Source of the DNA: an uncultured delta proteobacterium | Lineage (GTDB): Bacteria > Myxococcota_A > Polyangia > Haliangiales > Haliangiaceae | Direction of reading: 5' to 3' | Length of the DNA stretch: 64,000 bases | Assembly (NCBI GenBank): GCA_963848295.1 | Contig: CAWKDB010000010.1 | Span: 928,001-992,000 of the forward strand | In this document: positions 1 through 11,223 of the stretch, piece after piece | Numbering within the stretch: position 1 is the stretch's first letter | Layout of the letters: each line of letters starts with the position of its first letter | Notes under the pieces: generated by a model | Database searches by the model: none | Told to the model about the DNA's origin: nothing | The model's input: the letters and a program-made list of their open reading frames with translations, nothing else | Program-made: the position numbers and the translations under genes

Positions 1-537
1 GACGCCGAGCTCGCCGGCAAGTTCATCAACACCACGTTCGACGGCGGCCCGGGCGACATCACGCTCCAGATCGCGTTGACCGCGGGTAACCCGATCACGC
101 TGAACCTCATGGGCGCGCGGATCGAGGCGAACGACGTCTCGGCGACCGAGATCGGCGATCCGACCGCCGAGCCACCGACCGGCGCCGTGCTCGCTGGCGC
201 GATCAGCCAGGACGACATCAACAACACCGTGTTGCCCGCGGTTCAGAGCCAGCTCAACCCGCTCGTCATGCGCGACTGCACCATGCTGTCGGCCCCGCCC
301 GGCTGCGGCTGCACCGATGGCTCGACCGGCAAGCTGATCCTCGGCTTCTTCGACGGCGATCTCATGAACGACCCGGCGGACTGCATGGTCTCGCTCGACG
401 AGCTCGAGGGCAACACGCTGATCATGAGCCTGCTCATGCCGGACGTCACGATCAACGGCGTCATGGCGCTGTCGCTCGGCATCAAGGCGACGTTCGTCGG
501 TGGCACGTTCACGGTTCCCGGCGAGACGACGCCTTAG
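1..537 (+). CDS. Hypothetical protein, 5'-truncated by the window edge (probably exported, Cys-containing C-terminus)
   Basis: Frame 1 is open from base 1 (DAELAGKFINTTFDGGPGDITLQIAL...) to TAG at 535-537, with GC3-rich codons. No family recognised. Confidence 0.75.
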   Translation, partial: DAELAGKFINTTFDGGPGDITLQIALTAGNPITLNLMGARIEANDVSATEIGDPTAEPPTGAVLAGAISQDDINNTVLPAVQSQLNPLVMRDCTMLSAPPGCGCTDGSTGKLILGFFDGDLMNDPADCMVSLDELEGNTLIMSLLMPDVTINGVMALSLGIKATFVGGTFTVPGETTP

Positions 538-1481
538 GTCGGAGCCCGAGCCAGGTGCGCGCTGCCCACGAGGCCGGCGTCGTCGCCTAGCTCGGCGAGC
601 GCGATCGTCAGCGGCTCGAACGACGCCGCTGGCGTCGCTATGGCGAGCGTCGCGACCACGAGCTCGTACAGCATCGGGCAGCGGCCGAGCAGGCCACCGC
701 CGAGTACGAGCCGTTCACTATTGAGTACCGCGAGTGCGTTGCCGAGCGCGATCGCGAGCAGCGGGCCGAGCTCGGTCCACAAATCGAGCGCCCAGTCATC
801 GCCGGCTGCCGCGGCGGCGTCGACGTGGCTCGGGGTGACGCGATCGAGCCCTCCGGCCGCGGCGATGATCGCCGGGCTGACACCCGCGGCGAGCTCGCGC
901 GCGATCCGCGCCGCGACGTAGCTGCCGCCGACATAGGCCTCGACGCAGCCGCGCTGGCCGCACGCGCACGGCGCCGCCGCGTCATCCCACCGGACCTTGA
1001 CGTGACCGATCTCACCCGCGCAGTGGCTCGAACCGGTGACCAGCCGACCGCCGCTGATCACGCCGGCGCCGATCCCCGTGCCGACGTAGACGCCGAGCAC
1101 GTCGCGACAGCCGCGCGCCGCGCCGGCGACATGCTCGCCCCACACGATCGCGTCGACGTCGTTGTACACGCGCAGCCGGAACCGCGAGCCCAGGCGAGCC
1201 GCGAGCCGTTGTCCGAACGCGACGTCGCGCCAGCGCAGGTGGGGCGAGCGTGCGACCGTGCCTTGCGCGTCGCGCAGCATCGCCGCGATGCCGACTCCGA
1301 CCGCGACCTCGTCGCGACCCGGCGCCAGCTGCTCGCACACGACGGCGACGCGCTCGATCACGCGGTCCGGGTCGCGCGGCTCGCCGACCAGCTCTTTGTG
1401 ACTGCGCACGAGGGTGGTGCCCGCTGGATCGAAGGCCGCCGCTCGCAGGTTCGTACCGCCGAGATCGACGCCGAGGATCAC
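534..1481 (-). CDS. ROK family sugar kinase (glucokinase-like)
   Basis: Motifs GVDLGGT, NDVDA, GTGIGAG and GEIGH...CACGQRGCVE. GTG start at 1481 overlaps the PMM stop (GTGA). Confidence 0.92.
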   Translation of the reverse strand: MILGVDLGGTNLRAAAFDPAGTTLVRSHKELVGEPRDPDRVIERVAVVCEQLAPGRDEVAVGVGIAAMLRDAQGTVARSPHLRWRDVAFGQRLAARLGSRFRLRVYNDVDAIVWGEHVAGAARGCRDVLGVYVGTGIGAGVISGGRLVTGSSHCAGEIGHVKVRWDDAAAPCACGQRGCVEAYVGGSYVAARIARELAAGVSPAIIAAAGGLDRVTPSHVDAAAAAGDDWALDLWTELGPLLAIALGNALAVLNSERLVLGGGLLGRCPMLYELVVATLAIATPAASFEPLTIALAELGDDAGLVGSAHLARAPT

Positions 1482-2863
1482 GATGTACCGGCGACCGCGG
1501 CGGCGATCGCCGCATCGATCTTCGCTTTGATCTGCGCGAGCCGCTCGGCGCTGACCGCTTCGCAGCGCATGACGAGCGCTGGCTGCGTGTTCGAAGCGCG
1601 CACGAGCCCCCAGCCGCCGTCGAACCGCGCTCGCACGCCGTCGATGTCCGTGACGTCGCGCACCTCGGGATCCGCGCGCAGCGTCGCGGTCACCGACGCC
1701 ACGACCGCGAACTTCTTGTCGTCGGGGCAATCGACCCGCAGCTCCGGCGTATTGATCGCGATCGGCAGCTCGGCGGCGAGCGCCGCGAGCGTCGGACCGC
1801 GTGACACGATCTCGAGCAACCGCGCGCCGGCGTAGATCGCGTCGTCGAAGCCGAGCCAGCGGTGCGCGAAGAAGATGTGACCGCTCATCTCTCCGGCGAG
1901 CTGTGCACCGACCTCCTTCATCCGCGCCTTGATCAGCGAATGGCCCACCTTCCACATCTCGACCGTGCCCCCGGCGTGCTCGAGCTCGTCGTACATCACC
2001 TGGCTGCACTTGACCTCGCCGACGAACGTCGCGTGCGGCACTTCGGCGAGCACCGCCTTGCCGAACAAGATCATCAGCTGATCGCCCCACAGGATCCGCC
2101 CGGTGCCGTCGACCGCACCGAGCCGATCGGCATCGCCGTCGAGCGCGATCCCGAGCTCGGCGCCTTCGTTCGCGATCATCGCGATCAAGTCGGCGAGGTT
2201 CTCCGGCTGCGTCGGATCGGGGTGATGGTTCGGGAACCGGCCATCGAGGTCGCAGTACAGCGGCACGACGTCGAAGCCGAGCCGGCGATACAGCGCGACC
2301 GCGGTCGGTCCACCCGCGCCGTTGCCGGCATCGACCACGATCTTGCAGCGGCGCGGCCCGAGGTCGAGCTGGGAGGTCGCGAACGCCTGATACGCCCCGA
2401 TGATGTCGCGCGAGTGCATCGGGAACGTCGGATGGGGCGCGGGCTCGGCGAGCAACTCCGCGACGCGGTCGCGCAGGGTGGTGATCGCAGCGCCGTAGAG
2501 CGTGGCGAAGCCCGCGAGGATCTTGAAGCCGTTGTCCTCGGGCGGATTGTGACTGCCGGTGATGATGACCGCGGCAGTCGATTTCAAGTGATGCGCCGCG
2601 AAGTACAGCACCGGAGTCGGCACGATGCCGACGTCGACGACCTCGGCGTGGACGCGAATGCCTTCGGTCAGCGCGGAGAACAACCGCGGCGAGGTCAGCC
2701 GGCAGTCGCGCCCGACGACGACCATCGGCTTGTCGGCGCCCGGCTCGCGCCTCGCGCTCGCGAGCTCGCCGATCGCGTTGCCGAGGGCGGTCACCGTCGC
2801 ATCGTCGAGATCGCGCTCGGCGACGCCGCGGATGTCGTACTCGCGAAACGCGCGCGGATTCAC
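1478..2863 (-). CDS. algC: Phosphomannomutase/phosphoglucomutase
   Basis: Motifs FREYDIRG, TGSHNP (phosphoserine loop), DGDADR (metal loop), GEMSGH and RASNTQP. Confidence 0.93.
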   Translation of the reverse strand: MNPRAFREYDIRGVAERDLDDATVTALGNAIGELASARREPGADKPMVVVGRDCRLTSPRLFSALTEGIRVHAEVVDVGIVPTPVLYFAAHHLKSTAAVIITGSHNPPEDNGFKILAGFATLYGAAITTLRDRVAELLAEPAPHPTFPMHSRDIIGAYQAFATSQLDLGPRRCKIVVDAGNGAGGPTAVALYRRLGFDVVPLYCDLDGRFPNHHPDPTQPENLADLIAMIANEGAELGIALDGDADRLGAVDGTGRILWGDQLMILFGKAVLAEVPHATFVGEVKCSQVMYDELEHAGGTVEMWKVGHSLIKARMKEVGAQLAGEMSGHIFFAHRWLGFDDAIYAGARLLEIVSRGPTLAALAAELPIAINTPELRVDCPDDKKFAVVASVTATLRADPEVRDVTDIDGVRARFDGGWGLVRASNTQPALVMRCEAVSAERLAQIKAKIDAAIAAAVAGTS

Positions 2864-2866
2864 GCC

Positions 2867-3901
2867 TCAGAGATAGCGCGCGAGACCGCGAGCCGAAAGC
2901 GCTTCGATGACTTTGCGAACGTCTTGCGCCTGATCTTTGTGAATCACGAGGATGGCGTCGCCGGTCTTGACCACGACGAGATCGGACACGCCGACCGTCG
3001 CGATCAGCGTCTGGTCGTCGGTGACGACGACGTTACCAGCGCCGCCGATGACGAGCGCACCGCCCACCACGGTGTTGCCGGTCGCGTCGACGCCGCGGAT
3101 CGCGGGGAGCGCGGCCCACGAGCCGACATCGTCCCACCCGACCTGTGCCGGCACAGTCACGACGCCGGCGGCCTTCTCCATCACGGCGTGATCGATCGAG
3201 ATCGAGGCGAGTGCCGGGTACAAGGCCCTCGCGTCGCCACCCGCGGCGATCGCCCGAACGGCCGCCGCGGTCGCGGGCAAGTGACGATCGAGCTCGGCGA
3301 GCAACCGGCGCGCCGACGCGCAGAACATGCCGGCGTTCCACAAGTGGCGGCCATCGGCGAGGTAACGCTCGGCGGTCGCGCGATCGGGCTTCTCGACGAA
3401 CCGAGCGACCGGCGCGACCTGACCGACCACGGCAGGCGCGGCGAGCTCGAGGTAGCCAAACCCGGTCTCGGCGCGGGTCGGCGTGATGCCGATCGTCGCG
3501 ATGACGTCGCTGTGCTCGGCGGCCCAGAGCGCGGTCGCGAGCACGGCCTGCATGCCGGCGCGGTCGGTGACGTGCTGATCCGCCGGCAGCACGGCGAGGA
3601 CAGCATCGGGATCGCGCACCGCGAGGATCGCCGCCGCCAGGCCGATCGCCGCCGCGGTATTGCGCCCGACCGGCTCGGCGAGGAGCTCGACGTTCGGGAC
3701 GACCGCGCGCGTTGCCTCGGCCTGCGCCTCGGCGGTCACGACCATCACGCGATCACCGGCGAGCGCGCGACCGAGCCGGACCGCCTGGGCGACCATCGGC
3801 TCGCTACCGTCGAGCGCGAGCAACTGCTTCGGCTTCGCGCGGCGACTCGCCGGCCATAACCGCGTGCCGCTGCCGCCCGCGAGCACGACCGCGTGGCGCA
3901 C
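2867..3901 (-). CDS. manC: Mannose-1-phosphate guanylyltransferase
   Basis: Motifs LAGGSGTRLWPASR..PKQ, EPVGRNTA, FVEKPD, WNAGMF, SIDHAVME and WDDVGSW. No C-terminal PMI cupin domain. Confidence 0.93.
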   Translation of the reverse strand: MRHAVVLAGGSGTRLWPASRRAKPKQLLALDGSEPMVAQAVRLGRALAGDRVMVVTAEAQAEATRAVVPNVELLAEPVGRNTAAAIGLAAAILAVRDPDAVLAVLPADQHVTDRAGMQAVLATALWAAEHSDVIATIGITPTRAETGFGYLELAAPAVVGQVAPVARFVEKPDRATAERYLADGRHLWNAGMFCASARRLLAELDRHLPATAAAVRAIAAGGDARALYPALASISIDHAVMEKAAGVVTVPAQVGWDDVGSWAALPAIRGVDATGNTVVGGALVIGGAGNVVVTDDQTLIATVGVSDLVVVKTGDAILVIHKDQAQDVRKVIEALSARGLARYL

Positions 3902-6900
3902 TACGGTTCACCGAGATCGTGAATGTGATGCTTGGGACGGCGCAGGTTCGCGAGCCACTGCTTCGCGCGATCCGAGATGACGTAGAACGCGGGCACGACG
4001 AACAGCGAGAGCAGCGTCGAGAGGATCAGCCCGCCGATGATCGCGTCCGCCATCGGTCCGCGCGTCTCGGCGCCTGGTCCGAGGCCGAGCGCAGACGGCA
4101 CCGCCGCCATCATCGTAGCGACCGCGGTCATGAGGATCGGGCGCAACCGCACCGGGCCGGCGCGCCGCATCGCCTCGGCGGCATCGAGGTTCTCTTTGTG
4201 GCGAACCTCGTTCGCGTAGTCGACGAGGATGATCGAGTTCTTCTTGACGATGCCCATCAACAGCAACAGGCCGATCATCGAGAACACGTTGAGCGTCTTG
4301 CCGGCGATGAACAGCGCGACCATCGCGCCGGCGAGCGACAGCGGCAGGATCGTGAGCACGGTGATCGGGTGCAAGAACGAGTTGAACTGTGACGCGAGCA
4401 CCATGTACGCGACCATGATCCCGACGATCAGCGCGAACACGAGACTGCCCATCGCGTCGCCGAACTGCGAGCTCTGGCCCGACAGCGATAGCGTATAACT
4501 CGGCGGCATCGTCGCCGCGAGCTTGTTGACCTCGGCGAGCGCGTCGCTCTGCGATTTGCCCGGCGCGACGTTGCCGGTGATCCGGATCGCGCGCTGCCGG
4601 TTGTCGTGGTTGATCTGGAGCAACTCCGGCTGGTCCTTCATCGTCGTCACCTGGGACAGCGGGACCATCGCCGGCGGGTTGCCGTTGACGCCGGCGGTCG
4701 CCCGGACCTGGAGCAACGCGAGGTCTTCGGGCCGCGATCGCTGGGTCGCGAGCAACCGCATCTCGATGTTCATGCGCCGGCCGTCGGAGGTGGAGTACTG
4801 GCCGACGATCGAGCCACCGATCAGCGTCGAGATCGCCGCGGTGATATCCGAGATATTGACCTGAAGGTCCTGCGCCGCCGGCCGATCGGGCGCGATCGCG
4901 AGCTCGGGCGGTCCGAGGTTGTAGTCGCTGGCGATGTCCACCGCCGTGCCGCTGGCCTCGAGCTGTTTCTGGATCGTTTGCGACAGGCCGATCAACGTCG
5001 CCCAGTCGGAGCCGTGGATCGTGAACTCGATCGGGCTGCCCTTGCTGCCGGCAAAGCCTTGCTGCGATAGGTCGATGACGGTCGCCTTGACCCCGGCGAT
5101 CTTCTTGAGCTCGTTGCGCAGCGTGTTCTGGAACTCGGCCTGGGTGAACTTGCGCTGCTTCGGGTCGACCATCGTGATCTGCAGCGACGCCGAGCCGATG
5201 CTCACCGTCGTCTGCACGCCGATCACCTCGGGGTGCTTCGCGAGCACGGCCTCGACTTCTTGAGTGAGCCGATCGGTCTCGTCGAGGTTCGCGCCGATCG
5301 TGGTCTGGACCCTGAGCTGGAGCCGGCTCTGATCCTGCGATGGCACCATCTCTTGCTTGAGCTGCTTCGCGGTGAACCAGGCCCCGACGAGGCACACCAC
5401 TGCGAACACGAGCACGGTCATCGGGAACCGCAACGCGAGTCTGAGCCCGCGCGCGTAGACCCTGGATAGCGCCTCGAACCCGCGATCGCCGATGCGCGCG
5501 ACCAGGCCCTTCGCGGCGCCATGCGCGACGTTCAGCATCTGCGCACAGCGCGCGGGCGCGAGCGTGATCGCCTCGACGTACGAGATCGAGACCGCGACCG
5601 ACAGCGTCACGCCGAACTGCAAGAAGTACTTGCCGATCACCCCTGTCATGAACGCGACCGGCATGAAGATCGCGATCACGGCGAGCGTCGCGGCCAGAGC
5701 GGCGAACGTGATCTCCTTCGTGCCCTCCGAGGCAGCGGTGATCTTGTCCTTACCCATCTCGGCGTGGCGATAGATGTTCTCCATCACCATCACCGCGTCA
5801 TCGACGACGAGGCCGACCGCCAGCGACAACGCGAGTAGGGTGAACGTGTTCAGGGTCCAGTGGCAGAAGTAGATCACCGCGATCGTGCCGAGCAGCGACA
5901 TCGGGATCGCGAACAGCACGTTGAGTGTCGACGACAGCGAGCCGAGGAACAGCCAGCACACGATCGCGGTCAGGATCACCGCGAGCCCGAGCTCGATGCC
6001 GATCTCGTCGACCGACTCCTTGATGAACTGGGTCGTGTCGAACAACACCGAGATCTTCATCCCGGGCGGCAGCGTCTTCTGGATCTCGTCGCAGGTCTTG
6101 CGCACCTCGTCCGCGACCGACACCGCATTCGAGCCCGGCTGCTTGAGGATGCCCATCGCTTGCACCGGATCGCCGTTCATCCGCGCCGACGTCGTGATGT
6201 CCTCGAAGCCGTCTTCGACGATCGCGACATCGCCGAGCCGGGTGATCAACGCGCCGGTCCGCTTGATCTGGATGTCGCGCAGCGCTTGGAGGTTGGGCAC
6301 CTCGCCGAGCACGACGACATCGATCGCCTTCTGGTCGTTCGTCATCTGGCCGCCGGACGACATCGACGTGGCTGCTTCGTGATCGCGGTCGTGATATCGC
6401 TGACCGTGACGCCGGTGGCCTGGAGCGCGTCGGCACGGATCCAGATCCGCACGGCGCGATCGAGGTAGCCCATCATCTGGACCTGGCCGACCCCATCGAG
6501 CGTCGCGAGCGCGTCTTGAATCTGATAGCGCGCGACGTCGGCGAGCAACTGGCGCTTGAACGCGCCGGACACGCCGATCGTGATGATCGCGGTGTCGTCG
6601 GGGTTGCTCTTGCTCACGGTCGGCGGCTGGACCGTCGCCGGCAGCTGGCGCTGGACCTGGGCGACCTTGGCTTGGACGTCCTGGACCGCGAGGTCGATGT
6701 CGCGATCGATGTCGAACGTCGCGGTGATCCGCGCCGAGTTCTGCTTCGACTGCGACGTGATCTCTTGCACGCCGGTGACCTGTGCGAGCACGTCCTCGAG
6801 CGGATTGACGATGCCGGTCTCGACATCGGCGGGCGACGCGCCCGGCCAGGTCGCGCTGACCGTGACCGTCGGGTTGTTGACGTCGGGGAATTGGCTCACG

Positions 6901-6998
6901 CCGATGCGCGTGACCGAGATGATGCCGAACAGGATCGTCCCGCACATCAGCATCCACGCGAACACGGGACGCTTGAGGCAGAGATCGGTGATGTTCAT
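3901..6998 (-). CDS. RND efflux transporter permease (AcrB/MdtC family), apparent double frameshift near 6358-6372
   Basis: N-terminus MNITDLCLKRPVFA, then GLVVDDAVMVMEN, GIVKKNSIIL and RLRPILMT. Removing two extra bases gives ...ITKQHVDVSGGQMT... and a protein of about 1031 aa. Confidence 0.9.
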
Positions 6999-8242
6999 TG
7001 CGCCGCCGACCCGCGGTGGCGGTGCCCGCTGCCCGAACCGTCACCCGCGGCGGGCTGCGCGGCCGAGCCGTCGTCGATCGGCGCGGTCGGAGCGTTCGGC
7101 ACGCCGGCGTCCGCGGCCGGCAGCTTCTCGGCATCCTCGAGCGTGAGCTTGCTACCGATATTCACCGGCGCGCCTTCGCTCAACGGCTCGATGCCGCGCA
7201 CGACCATGACGTCGCCGACCTTGACGCCGCGCGTGAGCTCGACGCCGCCGTCGGCGGTATGCATGCCGAGCTCGACGACGTGCGCGTGCGCGATGTTCTT
7301 GTCGTCGATCGTGTAGACCAGGTTGCCTTTTTCCGACGGCGCGACCGCGAGCGAGGGCACGACGATCGCATCGCGGCTGGCGCCGAGCGGCACGGAGACC
7401 TCGCAGAACGCGCCCGGTCGCAGCCAGTACTCGTGATCCTTCTCGACGACGACTTCGCCGACCACCGGCACGAGCCGAGTCGTCGGGTCGGCCGCGCCCG
7501 CGACCAGCGTCAGCTTCGCCTTGAACTGCCGCGTGCTCTCCCGGAGCGTGACGTCGGCGATCAGCCCCTGTGGCGATGCCAACGCGGCCTGGAGTCGCGG
7601 CGCGTCTTGCTCGTTGACCTGAAAGTTCAGTTGCAGTGGATCGCGCTGGAGGATCGTCGCGAGCACCGCGCCGGGTTGGAGATACTGGCCCTGTTGCACC
7701 GTGCGGGTCTGGACGACACCGGCGATCGGCGCGCGCACCGCGGAGTCGCGCAGGTTGAGCTGCGCGATCTTCAGCGCCTCTTTCGCGGCGTCGACGTCGG
7801 CCTTGGCGGTGTCGACCGCGGTCTGCTTCTGCTCGATCTCTTCGCCCGGCACGAGCCCCGGTGATTCCTTCTGCGCGGACACGCGGCGCTCGAGTGCGGC
7901 TTCCGCCGACTTCTCGGTGGCGATCGCCTTTTGCAGCGTGCTCTTGCCCTGCTCCACCGCGATCGCGTAGCGCTCGCTCTCGATCGTGGCGAGCACGTCG
8001 CCCTCCTTGACGTTCTGGCCTTCGGCGAACGACACCTTGTCGACCGCACCGCCGACCCGCGCCGTGATCTGGACCTGCTGGAACGCGGCGAGGCTGCCCG
8101 GCGCGCTCACCGTGTATTGCAGCTTGCGGCTCTCGAGCGGCGCGACATCGACCGGATACGCGAGCTTTTGTCGCTTGCCGCCGACGTCGGCTGGTTTCGA
8201 GCACGCAGCGAGCACGGCACATAGCACGACGGCGCGGGTCAT
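6995..8242 (-). CDS. RND periplasmic adaptor (MFP) lipoprotein
   Basis: Lipobox MTRAVVLCAVLAAC; motifs EGQNVKEGDVLA, VRAPIAGVV and LRPGAF. ATGA overlap with the TolC gene. Confidence 0.9.
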   Translation of the reverse strand: MTRAVVLCAVLAACSKPADVGGKRQKLAYPVDVAPLESRKLQYTVSAPGSLAAFQQVQITARVGGAVDKVSFAEGQNVKEGDVLATIESERYAIAVEQGKSTLQKAIATEKSAEAALERRVSAQKESPGLVPGEEIEQKQTAVDTAKADVDAAKEALKIAQLNLRDSAVRAPIAGVVQTRTVQQGQYLQPGAVLATILQRDPLQLNFQVNEQDAPRLQAALASPQGLIADVTLRESTRQFKAKLTLVAGAADPTTRLVPVVGEVVVEKDHEYWLRPGAFCEVSVPLGASRDAIVVPSLAVAPSEKGNLVYTIDDKNIAHAHVVELGMHTADGGVELTRGVKVGDVMVVRGIEPLSEGAPVNIGSKLTLEDAEKLPAADAGVPNAPTAPIDDGSAAQPAAGDGSGSGHRHRGSAAQ

Positions 8243-9570
8243 TTGGTCTCCGGTCCAACCGGGTCGAGCCCGATCGCTTGGCGCAACGCCAGGTAGGCGG
8301 TCGCGACGGTGAATTCGGCCTCGGCGTAGGTCACCTCGGCCGAGAACCGATCGTTGTTCGCGTCGACGAGCTCGATCGCTTTGGCCAGGCCCTGCTTGTA
8401 GAGGATCGCGGTCTCGTCGGCGCTCTTGCGCGCCGCATCCATCGAGTCCTTCGCGCCGCCCATCGCTTGCTGAGCCGCAGCGAGCTGCGCGATCGCGGTG
8501 CGCACTTGTTGATCGACCGAGCGGCGCAGCGTCGTCGTCGTAAGATCCGCGATCTCGGCCTGCGCGGTGCGCGACCGCTCGTCGGCATCGCGCGAGCCGG
8601 CGTCGTAGATCGCCCACCCCGCTGACAGCATGATGTTCGCGTCGACATCGTGACCGTCCGCCTGGATCGTCGTCGACTGCGCCTGCGCGGTCGCCGAGAT
8701 GCCGAGCGTCGGCAAGAACCGCAGGTGCGGCTCTCGAGCGAAGTCGTGCGCGGCATCGGCGGCGCGTGCCCTCGCCACGAGATCGGGCCGGTGCGCGAGG
8801 CCCTGCGCGATCAGCGGCTCGGGGTTACCCGGCGGTAACCGACCGGCGGCCAGCAGCGAGGTCGGCTCGGCGAGGTTGCGGGCGACGACGGCGTTGATCG
8901 TGAACTCGAGCTCGATGTACGCGGCGTCGAGCGCACCGCCGTCGGACGCGAGCTCGCGCTCGGTGTCGGCCTCGGTCACTTGCGCGCGCGTCACGTCGTT
9001 CGAGCTGACGAGCTGCGCCTTGAATTGCGCGGTGGTGTCGGCGACATCGGCCTTCGCGGTCTCGAGCTTGCGCTGCGCGGCTTGCACGACCTTGTCGGCG
9101 AGCAAGACCGCGAAGAACGCCCTGGCCGCGTCGTACGCGAGCAGCCGCTTGTCATCGACCGATTGCGCGCGCTGGCTCGCGAGCAGCTGCTTGGCCTGGC
9201 TGTACAACGGGAACGCCGACGGTGTGATCAACGGCTGTGACAACGTCACCGAGCCCTTCGCGGTGTCGCGCGGCGACTTGTCGAACGGCCCGAAGGTGTC
9301 GCTGCCGACGGCGCTCAGCACCGGCAGGAACGCGACCTTCGCTTTCTGGACGCCGGCATCGGCGACCGCGATGTTGAGGTCGGAGATCTGCGCGCGTTCG
9401 TTGCGAGTGAGCGCGAGCTCGATCGCTTGCGCGAGTGTGAGTCCGCTGACCGCCGCGGGCGTGGCGCCGGGCGCGTCACCATGCGCGACCGGACCGCCGG
9501 CTAGCGCCGTGACGGCCGAGGCCGCCCAAACGTAGACCGCAAACCTTCGCATCCCCATCGAGGTAAGCAT
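8239..9570 (-). CDS. TolC family outer membrane efflux protein
   Basis: Signal peptide, LTLAQAIELAL, two OEP-type repeats, position upstream of MFP and RND genes. Exact start uncertain (MLTSMGM...). Confidence 0.85.
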   Translation of the reverse strand: MLTSMGMRRFAVYVWAASAVTALAGGPVAHGDAPGATPAAVSGLTLAQAIELALTRNERAQISDLNIAVADAGVQKAKVAFLPVLSAVGSDTFGPFDKSPRDTAKGSVTLSQPLITPSAFPLYSQAKQLLASQRAQSVDDKRLLAYDAARAFFAVLLADKVVQAAQRKLETAKADVADTTAQFKAQLVSSNDVTRAQVTEADTERELASDGGALDAAYIELEFTINAVVARNLAEPTSLLAAGRLPPGNPEPLIAQGLAHRPDLVARARAADAAHDFAREPHLRFLPTLGISATAQAQSTTIQADGHDVDANIMLSAGWAIYDAGSRDADERSRTAQAEIADLTTTTLRRSVDQQVRTAIAQLAAAQQAMGGAKDSMDAARKSADETAILYKQGLAKAIELVDANNDRFSAEVTYAEAEFTVATAYLALRQAIGLDPVGPETK

Positions 9571-9654
9571 ACGGGTGGTGCAACGCGCCCGGCCCCGGGC
9601 GCGGCACTGACTTTACACTTGTTCACGACGACTCGGGGGCAAAGCGGCCACCGT

Positions 9655-11223
9655 TCACGACGCCTCGGCGAGCTGGCGTGCGAGCCGCGTGACATCTGCG
9701 CGCGACAACCCGGCGTGTTGCACCGGCTCGAGCGTGAGGCGCTCCCCCGATACGAGCTCGGTCGCACCGAACCGCGCGACGCCGTCGGTGTCGATCGTGA
9801 CCTCGACGAGGACGAGCACGTCGCCCGCCGGAGCGATCGGCAGATCGACGACCGCGTAACGCCCGAGGTGGCGGTTCAACGCCGGATCGGGCGACTCGCC
9901 TTCCCACACGTCGAACTCGATCCTCGACTGTTCGTCCTGGCGCGTCGCGAGCAGGCGGTGCTCGCGCGTCGGCACGACCGCGCTCTGCGCCACGACCATC
10001 TCGCACTCACCGCCCGCGGCCGACATCGCCAGGCCGCGCGCCGCGACATCGATGAGCAGCACACCTTCGATCGTGCCGTCGAGCCGCGCGACCTCGAGCG
10101 CCGCACCGACGGCGACGACCTCCTCCGGATTCGCGATCACGTTCGCCTCTCGGCCACCGACGCGCGCGAGCTCGCGCCGGACCGCCGGCATCCGGGTCAT
10201 GCCGCCGACCAGCAGGATCTCCTCGATCTGCTCGCGCTTGCGGCCGGAGCGACGCAAGGCCTCGCGCACCGGCTGCTCGAGCCGTTTCACGATCGGCGAG
10301 GTCCACAGCTCGACTTCATCGCGGCGAACCGTCCGCGCGTACTCCACGCCCTTGCCCGACGGCAGCTGCGCGAGCTCGGCGACGTAGAGCTTCGTCGTCG
10401 TGTGCTCCGACAGCTCGTGCTTCGCGCGCTGCGCCGCGAGCCTCAGGCGCTCGATCGCGACCGCATCGGTCGAGATGTCGAACCCGCGCGACTGGCGGAC
10501 GTCGCGCACGAGGTTCTCGACCAGCGCTCGATCGATGTCATCGCCGCCGAGGAACGCATCGCCGGTCGTCGCGAGTACTTCGAACACGCCGGCTTCGACA
10601 TCGACCGCCGCGACATCGAACGTGCCGCCGCCCAGGTCGCACACGAGGTAGCGACGATCGTGACCGCGATGCGCCCCGTGGCCGAGCGCGGCGGCGGTGG
10701 GCTCGCTGAGCAACCGCATCACGGTCATCCCCGCGATCGCCGCGGCATCTTTCGTCGCTTGGCGTTGGCCGGCGTCGTACCAGGCGGGGATCGTGATCAC
10801 CGCGCGCGTCACCGGCTCGAGCAAGAACCGCTCGGCGGTGCGGCGGAGCTCGCGCAGGATCAGCGCGAGCACTTCTTCGGGCGAGATCGACCGGCTCGCC
10901 GCGAGCTGGATCCAGGCGTCGCCGTTCGGCGCTTCGATCAGCTCGTACGGCAACGTGCGCGCGAGCTTGCGAACCTCGGGATGATCGTAGCGCCGGCCGA
11001 GTAAGCGCTTCGCCCCGAAGATCGTGACGTCCGGGCTGTGATCGAGGCCCTCGCGCGCCGCCTCACCGACGATCGGCCCGTCCGGCGAGAACCACACGAG
11101 CGACGGCAGCGTGGTCGAGCCTTCGGCGGTCGTCAGGATCCGCGGCGCACCGTCGCGATCGATGACCGCGACGACCGAGTTCGTCGTGCCGAGGTCGATG
11201 CCGACCGCGCGCCCCGCCGTCAT
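9655..11223 (-). CDS. Hsp70/DnaK family protein lacking the C-terminal helical lid (522 aa)
   Basis: Motifs [22 protein letters not shown] and LVGGMTRMP, linker VLLIDV, then the SBD beta region. Ends just after helix A. ATG at 11223 overlaps the upstream stop. Confidence 0.9.
   Translation of the reverse strand: MTAGRAVGIDLGTTNSVVAVIDRDGAPRILTTAEGSTTLPSLVWFSPDGPIVGEAAREGLDHSPDVTIFGAKRLLGRRYDHPEVRKLARTLPYELIEAPNGDAWIQLAASRSISPEEVLALILRELRRTAERFLLEPVTRAVITIPAWYDAGQRQATKDAAAIAGMTVMRLLSEPTAAALGHGAHRGHDRRYLVCDLGGGTFDVAAVDVEAGVFEVLATTGDAFLGGDDIDRALVENLVRDVRQSRGFDISTDAVAIERLRLAAQRAKHELSEHTTTKLYVAELAQLPSGKGVEYARTVRRDEVELWTSPIVKRLEQPVREALRRSGRKREQIEEILLVGGMTRMPAVRRELARVGGREANVIANPEEVVAVGAALEVARLDGTIEGVLLIDVAARGLAMSAAGGECEMVVAQSAVVPTREHRLLATRQDEQSRIEFDVWEGESPDPALNRHLGRYAVVDLPIAPAGDVLVLVEVTIDTDGVARFGATELVSGERLTLEPVQHAGLSRADVTRLARQLAEAS

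Noticed and set aside
3901..6998. RND permease and other broken genes as true pseudogenes or programmed frameshifts
   Set aside because: There are no slippery motifs or nonsense decay, and lengths are normal after single-base fixes, so sequencing error is the simpler explanation.
9584..9603. GC-rich hairpin or sigma54 site upstream of tolC
   Set aside because: The GG-to-GC spacing is 11 rather than 10, and the hairpin has no U-tract and is expected by chance at this GC content.
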